A stretch of 64,000 nt of DNA from Schizochytrium sp. TIO01 (taxonomy: Eukaryota > Protista > Bigyra: Labyrinthulomycetes). A program made the position numbers and the translations under genes. The DNA lies in assembly GCA_004764695.1 (NCBI GenBank), contig SMSO01000025.1, forward strand, positions 558,001 to 622,000, in the 5' to 3' direction. The notes beneath the pieces are model-generated. The model worked only from the letters and a program-made list of their open reading frames with translations, was not told the DNA's origin and did no database searches. Below, one piece after another: positions 21,243-32,606 of the stretch (its first letter is position 1; each line of letters begins with the position of its first letter).

Positions 21243-21631
21243 AGTCGAGTCTTGGACGCCAATGAGTTCCGATCGATTGATTGATCGATCGATGATACTT
21301 TCATCGCAGCCCTGGAGGTGGAGATCCTGGACTTGGACATTGTGCATGTTCGACGGGCCGAGTGCTGTTGACCTGCGCTCATCAAAATTACCTGTCCAGG
21401 CCACCCACCTGGAATGACATCCATGCAGAAATTCCGTGTCGCAGTGCAAATTCTCGCTTCGCTGGCGCTCGCGAGGTCGATGTTGCCGCCGTCGGTGGAC
21501 TTCCAAGGGCGAAGGCACTGACTGGGCTGTAAGCAAGCAAGCGCGATGGAGGGTCGGTCAACGCATCCATTCACCATAGGACATAAACATCACATCATCC
21601 CATTCATCTCCACAAAAGTACACACCCACGT

Positions 21632-21790
21632 TTTGCAATTTGCAGTTAATTTGAAGTTAATTTGCAAATTGTAGTTAATTTGCAATTTGCAGTTAATTTG
21701 CAATTTGCAGTTAATTTGCAATTTGAAGTTAATTTGCAATTTGCAGTTAATTTGAAGTTAATTTGCAATTTGCAGTTAATTTGCAATTCG
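21632..21790. repeat. Minisatellite built from TTTGCAA and TTTG(C/A)AGTTAA subunits (main period 18 bp)
   Basis: Directly visible tandem array of ~160 bp. Confidence 0.93.
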
Positions 21791-22427
21791 CAGAGAGAGG
21801 GAATAGAGGTGCTACCGAAGTGCTAGGAGACTTGGTAGCTAGCTAGGAGTGCGTAGGAGGTGGTAGGCCGACGCACCTTGACGTGGATATATATGGTCCA
21901 TGGCCTGTAAGCGCGAGACGCAGATTTATGTAAAGTCAGCCTGGCCAGCGAACAAAGTCACCGTCGAGGCGAAAACGTCATCGGCCTAGTTGAGGGAGGT
22001 CGCAGATGCACCCATTTTCACTCGGCGGAGGTGCGCTCCTCCTGTAGAGTAATTACTGCAAGATGGATTGAGTTCAGGCCCGCGTAAGAACGATCAAATC
22101 AAATACTTTGTAGAAAGGATATAGAGGGGGGAGGGGGTGCCATGATTCTTTCTAATTTAATCAAGATTCAGGAGAGCAGAGGAAATCAGGATTTCGTAGA
22201 AGTACACGTAGTCCTTCGCCTGGGTGCTCAACTCATCTACAACATACCTACTATCAAGGTACCTAGCGTGCCACGTTGTCAAATGTGGCTGTCCTGATGA
22301 AATTAACACCAAGTTAGGGTTACTTTGTGATTATACCGTACTCATACCACGGATAAGATTTCTGGCCTTTAGTGGCCCAAGTTTAAAAGGCTTAAATTAC
22401 TGATTTGGGTTGTTAATGTGGATAAGC

Positions 22428-23410
22428 AATGCACCAAGGAGAGTTTCGATTTACGAAATAGTAACCTACTGCAGACTAGCTTCTCCTGCAGATTGGGTTA
22501 GTGACAGGGTAGTGAAGAATGGCATGTACAAGAGATAGCAACAAACAATCAACATACTCAAGGTTCACTTTAAGCGGAGGAGGGAGCCTGGTGGACTACA
22601 CGGTGAGCTTTGTGCTTTGCAATAGATAGCCTTGCGGGATGAGGGGTTCCCCCGTGGCACCTTTCCAGGCCTTCAAGAAAAGAAGCATACAGTCACGAAT
22701 GTACTAGAAAAAGTGCTCAGCGCACAAGGTGGTGAATGCTGCACGTCTTCAATGGTACGCAAAATAAAAAAGATGAAGAACGCGAATCCTGGAGAAAGTA
22801 ATTTAAGTAGACAGTAAATTCCCTCCGGTCTATCAACTCTCATGAAGGCTGTTGTCATTAAGAATCTCTTGGCCCTTCTCTTGCCTGGTAATGCACGCCC
22901 TGATTAATGTATATGTCTCCATAATTATTACGTAAAACACTTGCTGTATGGGTACGACCCCATGTTCACGAAGATTTAATGAGTGAAATGAGACAAAATG
23001 AAGGATCTCTCAATTTGGTAACTTTTTGGGAAGCATTCAACATTGAGAACGCGAGCTTTGAGCAATCGAAGAAAGACAATATCGAAACTAGCTTCACAAT
23101 TCATTGTACTATTGTTTAGACAATCTTATCTATAAGCTTTCCAATATCGGTCTGTATATTACCTCTTATTGAGAACTGCAACCAAGGGCCTTATCTTCGA
23201 GAAAGCTGGAATTTGCTTAAATCCTCTGATTGAAGTAATGGTAGGGTCATCAGGGTATTAGAGAATCCACGGCTTACTCTTTGTGGTTTACTGAGAGGAC
23301 CCATCAAAAGGGCATGTGGACATTACCGGGGTCCTTGGCACAATATTGTTGGAATCGCACAGAGGGGGACTAAACAACAAGCTACAAAACCTTGAAGCCA
23401 AGGGATTTAA
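22428..23410 (+). pseudogene. Possible decayed coding remnant, family unknown
   Basis: One frame runs ~130 codons (22428-22817) with only two internal stops. Further protein-like fragments follow (EDLMSEMRQNEGSLNLVTFWEAFNIEN; HVDITGVLGTILLESHRGGLNNKLQNLEAKGF). Confidence 0.25.
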
Positions 23411-23754
23411 GTGATGAGAGTGCACTCATATTTAAGGGAGCAATAAGGGCAGAACCCCGGTTGGTACTCAAGATAATCTGTCAACCTACGCTTTTCAGCT
23501 AAGCGCAATTCAAATCAAGCCTGTCTCAGAATTAAATCATTCTACCTTGGTATTCTGTCTTGATATCCACATCCAAGGTCACTTGGTCGCTAAATCTTAC
23601 ATCCTAATTTTATTCTTTACTCATGGATCTTCATCATGCTTCCTATATACTGCGTTTCGATCGTCCCAGTAAACCTCTAGCTAATCAGCGATGAATTTTT
23701 AGCGTTATTATGCAAGGAAGTATCTACGCTCGCATTTAAAGTCCGGTGTTTTCT

Positions 23755-24688
23755 CTATTTACTACAACGTGTAAGAAAAGTGGCAGCCACAGATCTGTAG
23801 TCTGGTTGATGAATCACAATGGCAGGAAGGTGAACACTTATCCATATTCTGGCAATAACTGAGGGAAGACTCGATTTTTTAGAAAACCATGATCTAGCTT
23901 TGAGTTCACCCATTAGGAAGAAAGATAGAAAAGCAATTTGTTGAACCCATTTGTTTTTCTTATTGCACAAGAAAAAGAAGTATTCTTTTGGGTTCAGGCC
24001 CTGGCAAACGCTCTTGTAGAAGCTAGAGCTTCAATGTAATTATCTGGTTCGTACTGGCGCGGTTTTAGCGGATGGAAATTCCTAAGATGTTGCCCCCAGA
24101 TGACCTGCTCCTTGCTTATTCACTAGAAGTCGCATCAAAAGTAACCTTCAATATCATAATTATCGTCCAACGGGTTCCTTTCGACGAAATACTTTATAAG
24201 ATCATCTTTTTTTCAAAGCTCTTGCACCCTTGTAAACGAGATGACGACTCTGGTTTGTCAGCTCTACCTGACACAAAGTTATGTGATTTACGGAGCATGC
24301 TCAGCACGCGCCGTAATCATCACAAGATATGTGCATTTTTACTTGGGTAGCAAGAGGAAAGCTGTGTACGCATAAAACGGCGGTTTCGGGATCCTAGGTA
24401 GTGCAGGACAAAAATAAACTGTGAACTGCGAATGTAAAGCTAGACGCAGACTGTATCTTTTAACTTCAGTTTTCCATTTCTGCCGAAGTAGAATATTTGT
24501 AGGAATAGCCACTGAGTGATGAGAGTGGAGCTTGATGCCTCCAAAAATACCGCAGGTACTATCACCCAGGCACAACCTACTTTCTGTACTAAAAGTTTTT
24601 GCAGTATCTCGTGACCTTGAGTACTCCAGAGAATAACAATTCCAAATATGAGGTCTTTTTCTCTTTTCTTTTTCTGTAAAAAAAACAA
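23755..24688 (-). pseudogene. Possible decayed glycosyltransferase (GT11 fucosyltransferase-like) remnant
   Basis: Fragments in order across frameshifts and stops: hydrophobic LIFGIVILW, YFGRNGK../YSLRLAL (cf. GRLGNQ.FQY..R..A), DIEGYF* (cf. xGYFQ), IVIH (cf. V.VH.R.GD). Confidence 0.25.
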
Positions 24689-25385
24689 AAAAACAAAAAA
24701 TATATAGTGCTATTGTATTCGGAATTATATGCTCACTCAGTAAAATTATCGGTACAGAATACAGAAGAAAACCTAAGTGAACCCGAAGGGGTGAACAGCC
24801 ACACCTAGTGTACAGAGAAGGGAGGGGGCGTCATAGAGGTAGATAGGAATAAAGCGCGTGCTACCACCTGCTAGTAGGAGTACCCTTCGTTTTCGGACCC
24901 CAGTGACGAAGTTCCTGAAATAAATGGTCATTAGGTTGTAAGGTAGGTACCTCCCACTGCTCAATTAATAACTCGAAGAAAACAACAACAGAGGAGAAAC
25001 CAAAGCAACGCGTGCAGACTCGTGCAACAACACTCTGGATGGGAGTGCACAACCCCGCACTTTTTCTTCAGCCACGAAATGACTTTTAATATTCACAAGT
25101 GATGTCAGATCAAGGGACCATTCAACATGAATTCCCGAACAAAGCACGTGTTCCGAAAATAAATGGACCAAGTACTAGAACTTTACATTGCGTAATAGAG
25201 AAACTATGCTGCAAACTGGCACGATAACGAATCAACCAGGGTAGCGCCTATTCTAACTTTTAGAATAAGTCTGCCAGAACAAAACAATCAAGGGGAATGG
25301 GCAGCAGAACCAGAATACAAACCTCCACGCCGAGCAAGTCACATCAGGGATTAGTCTGATTTTTTAACGAAGTGTTAGAAGCAAG

Positions 25386-27053
25386 ATGACCACATTCTCA
25401 TTCATTAGATTTCTGTGTTTTTTAATTGCTATTGTATCGATCCCCGCTCGTGCAGACCTCCCGCGAGACCCGAGCCCGCCGTACAGTAAGGTCTCCAAGG
25501 CCGGGCATGACCCATACTCGGAAAGCGTGGAATACTTTGATAGTGGAGACGGCATTTTTTACAACTGGACTAGAGCGAATGTTGACGTTGAAGAGGCATC
25601 TACAATTCTATCTGGCGATGCACCGCTTGGGACAATCATTCCTGGGCGTGTTATAAAAGATGGAAAACCTTTGACATACATGCGGGTGGGGAATTCTCCA
25701 TTTTTGCTTGTTTGCATTCACACTGATAGCACTCCATGGACTAAATATATGCGAAACTGGGCCCCAAGCAGGCGTATGTGCGACACAGGATCATGCCGTG
25801 ATGACGTTGTTGCTCGGAACATGCAAGCTATCACAGATGAACAATGGGGCAACCTGAGCCAGTCCGAATTGCACGAAATTTTTCTCGACGGCGCAAAGAA
25901 GGTCGCCATGCCTATCGGAGACAGCTCAGGAAGCGCTTGCGAAGGAATATATGATTATATTGTTAACAAAACAAAAGGTGCCATGTACCCTCACCTAGTT
26001 TATTCTGGGGTGCCAAAGGCTTTCAACGATAACAACAGGAACCCTCGATACTTCATTTTCCCGCGTGGATGGCTTAAAACAAAATACAATCTTGAAGCGC
26101 AGAGCCCAGAGATCATCGCATCTAGAGACGATTTTTTTGGCTTTGTACGTGAGGCAAAGAACGTCATCGCACGCTCATATGGATATGGGTGGATATTTAA
26201 CATGCATAGCCAGGCCTCTGTTGGAAATCGTTGCGATGTAGGAACGGGATGGGAAAAACCACTGGCACAAACATTCAAGCACCCTGACGTATCACTTCGT
26301 GCAGTACAGCCCTTCACAGTGCCAAAGCCTAGCAGTGATATCTTATTGATGTTTGACTCTCTCAATCGTGGCATGACTCCCTACGAGGCTATATTTGGAA
26401 ACACCTCTGTTTCCGAAATTCTCTCGTTGCGGGGTTTAGGCTCTGCTCCATCACGAGCACACCAATTTTCTAAAAAGGGTGAGGATTGCTTCTGTAGTGG
26501 CTCTGCATTTACAAACCGTGTTGGAATGCCCTCATTGGCTTGGGCTAAAGGCAGGAAGCAGCTTATTAACAACAAAGAAATTACAAATCGCCCTGTTGAA
26601 TCGTGGTATGTTGGAAACTTTAACAATGCAATTGTGGAGTTGTACACTGCAACAACAAACACCAGTACTGAGCTTGGGAAGCAAACGATTCAAGTATGGG
26701 GCGAAACTTTGATTGACATTGCTGTGGATCATTATAAGCTTGACATCGCTCGCCCTACTGGACGTGTGTTCAAGTCGCTGGATACTACTTACAAAGCAAT
26801 TATGGGAGGAGTGTCATGTAAAGCGAAAAAGGCAAGCATGTTAAAGAAGTACCAGCTAGAGGAACGACGTGACTCTATAACCGTTGAGAAATGTGTTAGC
26901 ATGTGCAATGAATTGGCGGGTTGCAGATATATTGAAATGAGCGTTGATCCTCAGGCAAAAAGATATTGTAGTTTCTATGCAGAGTGCAAAAGCCTCCCCG
27001 TTACTAGATACCGGAATGTTGTCGATGTTGCACTCTATAACGCTGGAGATTAA
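25386..27053 (+). CDS. Secreted N-formylglutamate-amidohydrolase-like Zn-hydrolase with C-terminal PAN/apple domain (paralog 1)
   Basis: Signal peptide FLCFLIAIVSIPARA; GNSPFLLVCIHT, YPHLVYSGVPKAFNDNNRNP, FFGFVREAK...YGYGWIFNMH, NAIVE; C-terminal TVEKCVSMCNELAGCRYI...C (C-x3-C-x5-C). Confidence 0.8.
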   Translation: MTTFSFIRFLCFLIAIVSIPARADLPRDPSPPYSKVSKAGHDPYSESVEYFDSGDGIFYNWTRANVDVEEASTILSGDAPLGTIIPGRVIKDGKPLTYMRVGNSPFLLVCIHTDSTPWTKYMRNWAPSRRMCDTGSCRDDVVARNMQAITDEQWGNLSQSELHEIFLDGAKKVAMPIGDSSGSACEGIYDYIVNKTKGAMYPHLVYSGVPKAFNDNNRNPRYFIFPRGWLKTKYNLEAQSPEIIASRDDFFGFVREAKNVIARSYGYGWIFNMHSQASVGNRCDVGTGWEKPLAQTFKHPDVSLRAVQPFTVPKPSSDILLMFDSLNRGMTPYEAIFGNTSVSEILSLRGLGSAPSRAHQFSKKGEDCFCSGSAFTNRVGMPSLAWAKGRKQLINNKEITNRPVESWYVGNFNNAIVELYTATTNTSTELGKQTIQVWGETLIDIAVDHYKLDIARPTGRVFKSLDTTYKAIMGGVSCKAKKASMLKKYQLEERRDSITVEKCVSMCNELAGCRYIEMSVDPQAKRYCSFYAECKSLPVTRYRNVVDVALYNAGD

Positions 27054-29237
27054 CCCATTTCTCCGCATTGAGATGTCATTTATAGTTTCTATTGCGACTC
27101 TCTTTGTCTACAATGAGTGAATATAACATACACTTGAGCCTCTCGTTTTCTTTATGTTATTAGTGTCTGTGTAAGATAACAATATCAAGCTGTTAGCGAG
27201 CTTCAAGTGAAGTGCATTTCTCAATCAGCATAGTCTATGAATATAAAATCTACAATGTCATTACCAGTGTTCAACCCAAATAAATGAAACATAAATATAA
27301 ACGAGAACTTGCCTACTCCGAATACGGAATATTTGAACATAGGGGAGTTTTATCATTACATCAATAAATTTCAATCACATCATGCTACGGAATGGGGAGA
27401 TCTCTATCCAGTAGCCTTTTCAAATAGTATCATTGTTACATATATGATCAATGGCCCACTTGAAATGCTCTTAATCAAATAATTCCATCAACTGTGAGCT
27501 TGCAATCTTGTCCACCCCTTCTTGATGCCATCCCTAATCTTCTGGCATGTTACGCAAAGACAAGAATATCCAAGATAATCGCATTCTACAAGACAAATGA
27601 TTGGGTTGAATCGGCAACAATTAAGGCTTGGTAGGTATGAAATGAAACCTAACTAACTCTGAACGTTGGTGTATATATTTTAAAAGCTAATATATGTACT
27701 ATTTATAATATTTTCACCTCTTATAGCACCACCATAGCATAAATAAAGTTATCCTTTGTTCTCATTGCTGAGAAACATTGTTAGCACCATCAGTACCTCT
27801 TTCTTATTTGCATTCCTTACTAGCTATGATCTCTGTTTTTCCAAATATATAATCGAACCTCATATTCCACAAGCGGGCAAGATTGCGTTCAAGCGCTAAC
27901 AGAGCTTAAGTTATCGCAAATTGGAAGATATATCAATAACCAATCATTTGGGGAGCATATTAGTCCTGATTTAAATATTTAATCATAAAGAGTTTCATTT
28001 GTGTGGTTGCACGGTCTTGCACGAGTTTGGGAGATGAAGTATTCGAGATTCTCTACAGCCACTACCCCCTGAAGGTTTATTCTAACCCAAGTCAGAGAAG
28101 GCAGGCATGAATCAAAATGAGAATCCGCAGCATTTTGGTGGTGCCATGAGCTGCACCTTTTATTTCATTTCATTCATTTCGATTTCATGGGTGCTAATGG
28201 CAATCGCGATGTCTTTGCACTGATTAATTAGGAAGAATGTCGTCGTACTCGATACATTCGATCGGTAGACACCTCGAGATAGTCACCTAGTCTTTGCCTA
28301 TTTTTTTCGGGCTGTCAATCTTCATCAGGAAGAAGCACCCCTACTACTTGTATGCAATCAACGAGAACTGCCCGCGCGTGGAAGGCACTTACCCAAATGC
28401 ATCTTTCCGAAAATTCAGATTAATATATGGCTACCTTCCTACATGTGACTAATTCTGCTCCACAGAAAACGTGCACTATCCGCGTGGCAGCACGCGTACC
28501 AACACAGATGTGGGACGTACTGACACCATATTTGGTTCCAAATTCGAATAAGACTATTACATTAGTTAATAGCATTAGTAGCAGTAATAAAGTTACTACT
28601 GCCTAATTGCAGATAGTAGGGAGACACGAATCTGAAAAGATGGCTTCAAAACCTATGCGAGAGCTCCCTCAAAGTCGCAAACTATGGTATTCGCGGCTTT
28701 GCAACACCATTCCAATAAACAACTTTTTGCACTTGAGCTGATCAAATGCAATGAGTAAGTTAGGCAATTCAACTCAGTAGGGCAGTCCATTGGTAAACAT
28801 TGAACATTTACCATCTGAATTTCGAGATTTTCAAGTCCCAGCAGGAAAAGTGCTGAAAGGCAGCACTGCCTTAACTTCATTTCCATCTATTCTAGATGTG
28901 ACTTTTCTTACTTCTACTATACGCATAGCTACAATTTAAGTTATGTCAAATAATAATTCGGCGTACTACTACTACCTAGGTCTGTTTCGGACACACGCCG
29001 GCACGCACTAACATAACGATGATGCAATACGGAAAGCAATGAAGTTTGTATTTATTTGTCAAGATTACAGGGTGTGTTCAACTCAGAAAAGACATGCGAG
29101 TAATCCCCAAACTCTGGTTGAAGGTTTTGACCCAAGGCCAAATATTGTATAGACATTGAACCTTTCCTTCGTTCAAGTTGTTCATGACCCATCAGTGCCT
29201 TTACTCCAAACGCAAACAAGGGAGGAGATAAACTAAC

Positions 29238-31214
29238 ATGAGACCAACGATATGCCTCGCCGTTGTAGTATCGGTTTTATATTTCTCTTTTAATCTCTAT
29301 TCTTTCACGGATTCCGATGCAACCGTGACTGCTCAAGGGAAGGAGTCACTCACATCAAATATTTTACGCTTTCTTCGCTCACGCGATGGGCGAGCTGGTG
29401 ACGGTGGTTCACCATACCACTCGCTTGCTAGTACCCTTGCGTCAGTGCTCCTTGATAGCGATACCTCAAGTCTGTCATCTAGTAACGAAGTAGCGCAAAA
29501 AACCCAGGAAATTTTCTCGAAAGCAGGAATGTTATCACCGCATCCTAATCCTGTAGTATTGGGTTCTGAGCTTGATGCTAATGTTGCAGAATTAGATACT
29601 CTACCACGTGATCCTAACCCACCTCATGATGCGCTGTCTCACGAAGGTCATGATCCCTTTGCTGAGTCTATTGAATACTTTGACAGCGGAGATGGTATAG
29701 TCTTTAATTGGACAAAAGAAAGCGTCGATGTGCAAGATGCCTCCACGCTGTTAGCCGGCGAAGCTCCACTGGGATCTATAATCCCTGGCCGTGTCACCAA
29801 AGATGGCACCCCCATGAGTTATCTTCGTGTTGGGAACTCACCTTTACTTCTAGTTTGCATTCACACAGCTACAACACCGTGGTCTAAGTACATGCGTAAC
29901 TGGGCGCCAAGTCGGCGTGTATGCCACAGTCCCACATGTCGCGATGATCAAATTGTCCGCAATATGCAAGCGATTACTGACGAGCAGTGGGCCACTCTAA
30001 GCAGTGAGGAGCTGTCCAAGCTTTTTCTCAATCATGTCCAAGTTTCAAACAACACATTCAACCATGCATCGATGCCTTTGGGGGACAATTCTGGTCCTAT
30101 GTGCGAAGGAATATACGATTATATTGTGGAAAAGACAAACAAAACCATGTATCCACATCTTGTATACACTGGTGTGCCAAAGGCCTATCTGGATCATAAT
30201 CGGAACCCACGTCATTTTATATTTCCACGTGGTCGTCTGCGGTCGAAATATAACATGACTGCCCAAAACCCTGAACTAATTGCTTCACGAGATGATTTCT
30301 TCGGTTTTGTTCGTGAAGCAAAGAATGTTATTGCTCGCTCGTATGGCTATGGGTGGATTTTTAGCATGCATAGTCAATTTTCAGTAGGAAACCGCTGTGA
30401 TGTAGGTGGCGGCTGGGAGGCCCCATTAAAATCCCTCTTTAACAACCCAGACTTGACTTTGAAGTCTGTCCAACCATACGAGGTTCCAACCAGAAATAGT
30501 GAAATTTTGCTCATGTTCGATTCTATCTCGCGTGGATTGTCACCTTATGAAGCAGTATTTGGTGAATCTTCTGTATCAGAAATTCTTACCCTACGAGGGC
30601 TAGGCTCCGCTCCTTCACGTGCGCATCAATACGACCATGGCAAGAAAGAAGGGTGCTTTTGTAACGGAGCAGCATTTGCCAATCGCGTTGCTATGCCATC
30701 TAAGGAGTGGGCAGATGGCCGACAACAACTGTTCTTCAACCGAGAGATTAAGAATCGACCTAAAGAATCTTGGTTTGTTGGCAACTTTAATAGTGCCATT
30801 GTCGAGTTTCACGCACGCACTACTGATTTAAACACAAGCTTAGGCCAACAAACGCTTCAAGTTTGGGGTGAGACTCTTATCGACATTGCCGTGGACCACT
30901 GGAAGTTACCAGTTCAGCGCCCGAATGGTCGAATTTTCAAGTCTCTTCAGACAACTTACGAATCCATCATGGGCGGTCGTTCTTGCCAGAAGGGAAAGCT
31001 GATCCGCACCAACACACTATCAAAGAATTATCTTTCGATTACAGTGGAAAAATGCGTGGAGATCTGCAACTCTCTAGACGGATGTAAATACATTGAGATG
31101 AGTGTGGATCCTCTTGCCCGACGATACTGTTCATATTACTCTTCATGTAAAGCCTTTCCCGTCACTCGGTATCGCAATGTAGTCAATATTGATTTATATA
31201 ATGCTGGGGTTTAG
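29238..31214 (+). CDS. Secreted or type II anchored N-formylglutamate-amidohydrolase-like Zn-hydrolase with PAN/apple domain (paralog 2)
   Basis: Colinear with 25386-27053 and shares long identical blocks (IASRDDFFGFVREAKNVIARSYGYGWIF; QVWGETLIDIAVDH); longer N-terminal stem after the hydrophobic leader. Confidence 0.8.
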   Translation: MRPTICLAVVVSVLYFSFNLYSFTDSDATVTAQGKESLTSNILRFLRSRDGRAGDGGSPYHSLASTLASVLLDSDTSSLSSSNEVAQKTQEIFSKAGMLSPHPNPVVLGSELDANVAELDTLPRDPNPPHDALSHEGHDPFAESIEYFDSGDGIVFNWTKESVDVQDASTLLAGEAPLGSIIPGRVTKDGTPMSYLRVGNSPLLLVCIHTATTPWSKYMRNWAPSRRVCHSPTCRDDQIVRNMQAITDEQWATLSSEELSKLFLNHVQVSNNTFNHASMPLGDNSGPMCEGIYDYIVEKTNKTMYPHLVYTGVPKAYLDHNRNPRHFIFPRGRLRSKYNMTAQNPELIASRDDFFGFVREAKNVIARSYGYGWIFSMHSQFSVGNRCDVGGGWEAPLKSLFNNPDLTLKSVQPYEVPTRNSEILLMFDSISRGLSPYEAVFGESSVSEILTLRGLGSAPSRAHQYDHGKKEGCFCNGAAFANRVAMPSKEWADGRQQLFFNREIKNRPKESWFVGNFNSAIVEFHARTTDLNTSLGQQTLQVWGETLIDIAVDHWKLPVQRPNGRIFKSLQTTYESIMGGRSCQKGKLIRTNTLSKNYLSITVEKCVEICNSLDGCKYIEMSVDPLARRYCSYYSSCKAFPVTRYRNVVNIDLYNAGV

Positions 31215-32606
31215 AAGTAGTCAGTGCATATTTGTTGAAACCTCTTGTTCACCATTCTATTCAACAAGATAGCGTTAGAAATTTGAAAGACTAAGACATA
31301 TGTATCATGTATAAGCTCAGGTTCAATATTCTGTTTTCTTCTGATGATCATACCTATCGAGTGGAGTCCTAGCATCATGTTTAATTGTTGCTGCCTGCCG
31401 CCACAGGACAGATCTTGCTAAGAAATCATGCTTATTTGACTGGAAACAAATTGATATTTGAAATGCCAAACATCTCAGTGGAATGTGAATACATTCGCAA
31501 CTGATTTAAGCTTCCCGTTTCTCAGTTTTGCTTTAAAGACAAATTTTGGCTTGTTATCACCTGCTTGCGTTCGTAGGTTCCCTAAGCATTATCTTGCGAC
31601 TTGCACGGGAAACCCTTGCTTTTCATTGCTACTTTCTTGCTGGGTAACACTAACTCTTCTGAGCGTCAAATCACATCATAGCTTCCGTAACATCACATTC
31701 CGGACTCAGATAGGTACTTAGGTACTAGCTAGCTACTCACACGATGTTATACTATGACTTTGCTAAAATAAAAATCTCTCTCATTCGAATACTTTTTTGA
31801 TATATGAAAGAATAACTAGATCTATCTACTCAAACAGAACATGACCCTAAGGGATGAACGGGAGTTGCACAGTCTGAGCTGTATATTTTATTTCTTGTCC
31901 TACAACCACTCAAAATCAGATCTCTCTGACACAGTAAAGAGCTTGAACAACAAAAGGAAGACCTTGTCTGCAAACAAGTGAATAAGGTTCGGTTCCCTTG
32001 AACCGTTCTGGACCGAACACTTTTAATTCCTTGGTGTCACTCAACGGAATGGGTAGGCCGATGGCCTTAGTAGAAGGTACTCATAGGAGTAGTACACTCC
32101 GTTTCCCATTTTTCTGGGGGTTCCCTGTTGTGTTAGAACAAGCCCTGTGCAAAACCCGTGATGCAAGCATAGAAAATATTGAAGTAAGCCCGATTGGAAA
32201 AGTTTCTGCATCATCGCTCAATCATTAAAGTGCTAATATAAGCACTACTACCTTTGTACTTCTATGATGGACTTAAGCTTTTACCAAAGGAACAAGATTG
32301 AAAGGGTGGGTAGCCTCGAGAAGTATTCTGCATCGCCTCGTAAGCCGTGACTACTATAGGATGCTTTTAGCCTAACACTTAGGATAAGGCACGAAAGCAA
32401 TGCTTTTATTTAATCAAACGTATTGGTATTAATTAAATAGTAATAGTACGTACATCATTAAATTTGGAGACTAAAAAACGAGGACCGCGTGCCAGTCTCC
32501 CGATAGCCGACAGCATACCTACTACCTGTGGATTTAATTAATTCTCGCGTTGCCAAAACTTAAAACAGGGCTTTGGGGTTGCTGTGCAGGTTGAAAGGCT
32601 GTCGAG

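Noticed and set aside
21632-21790. CRISPR-like array
   Set aside because: No unique spacers; simple tandem repeat in a eukaryotic context.
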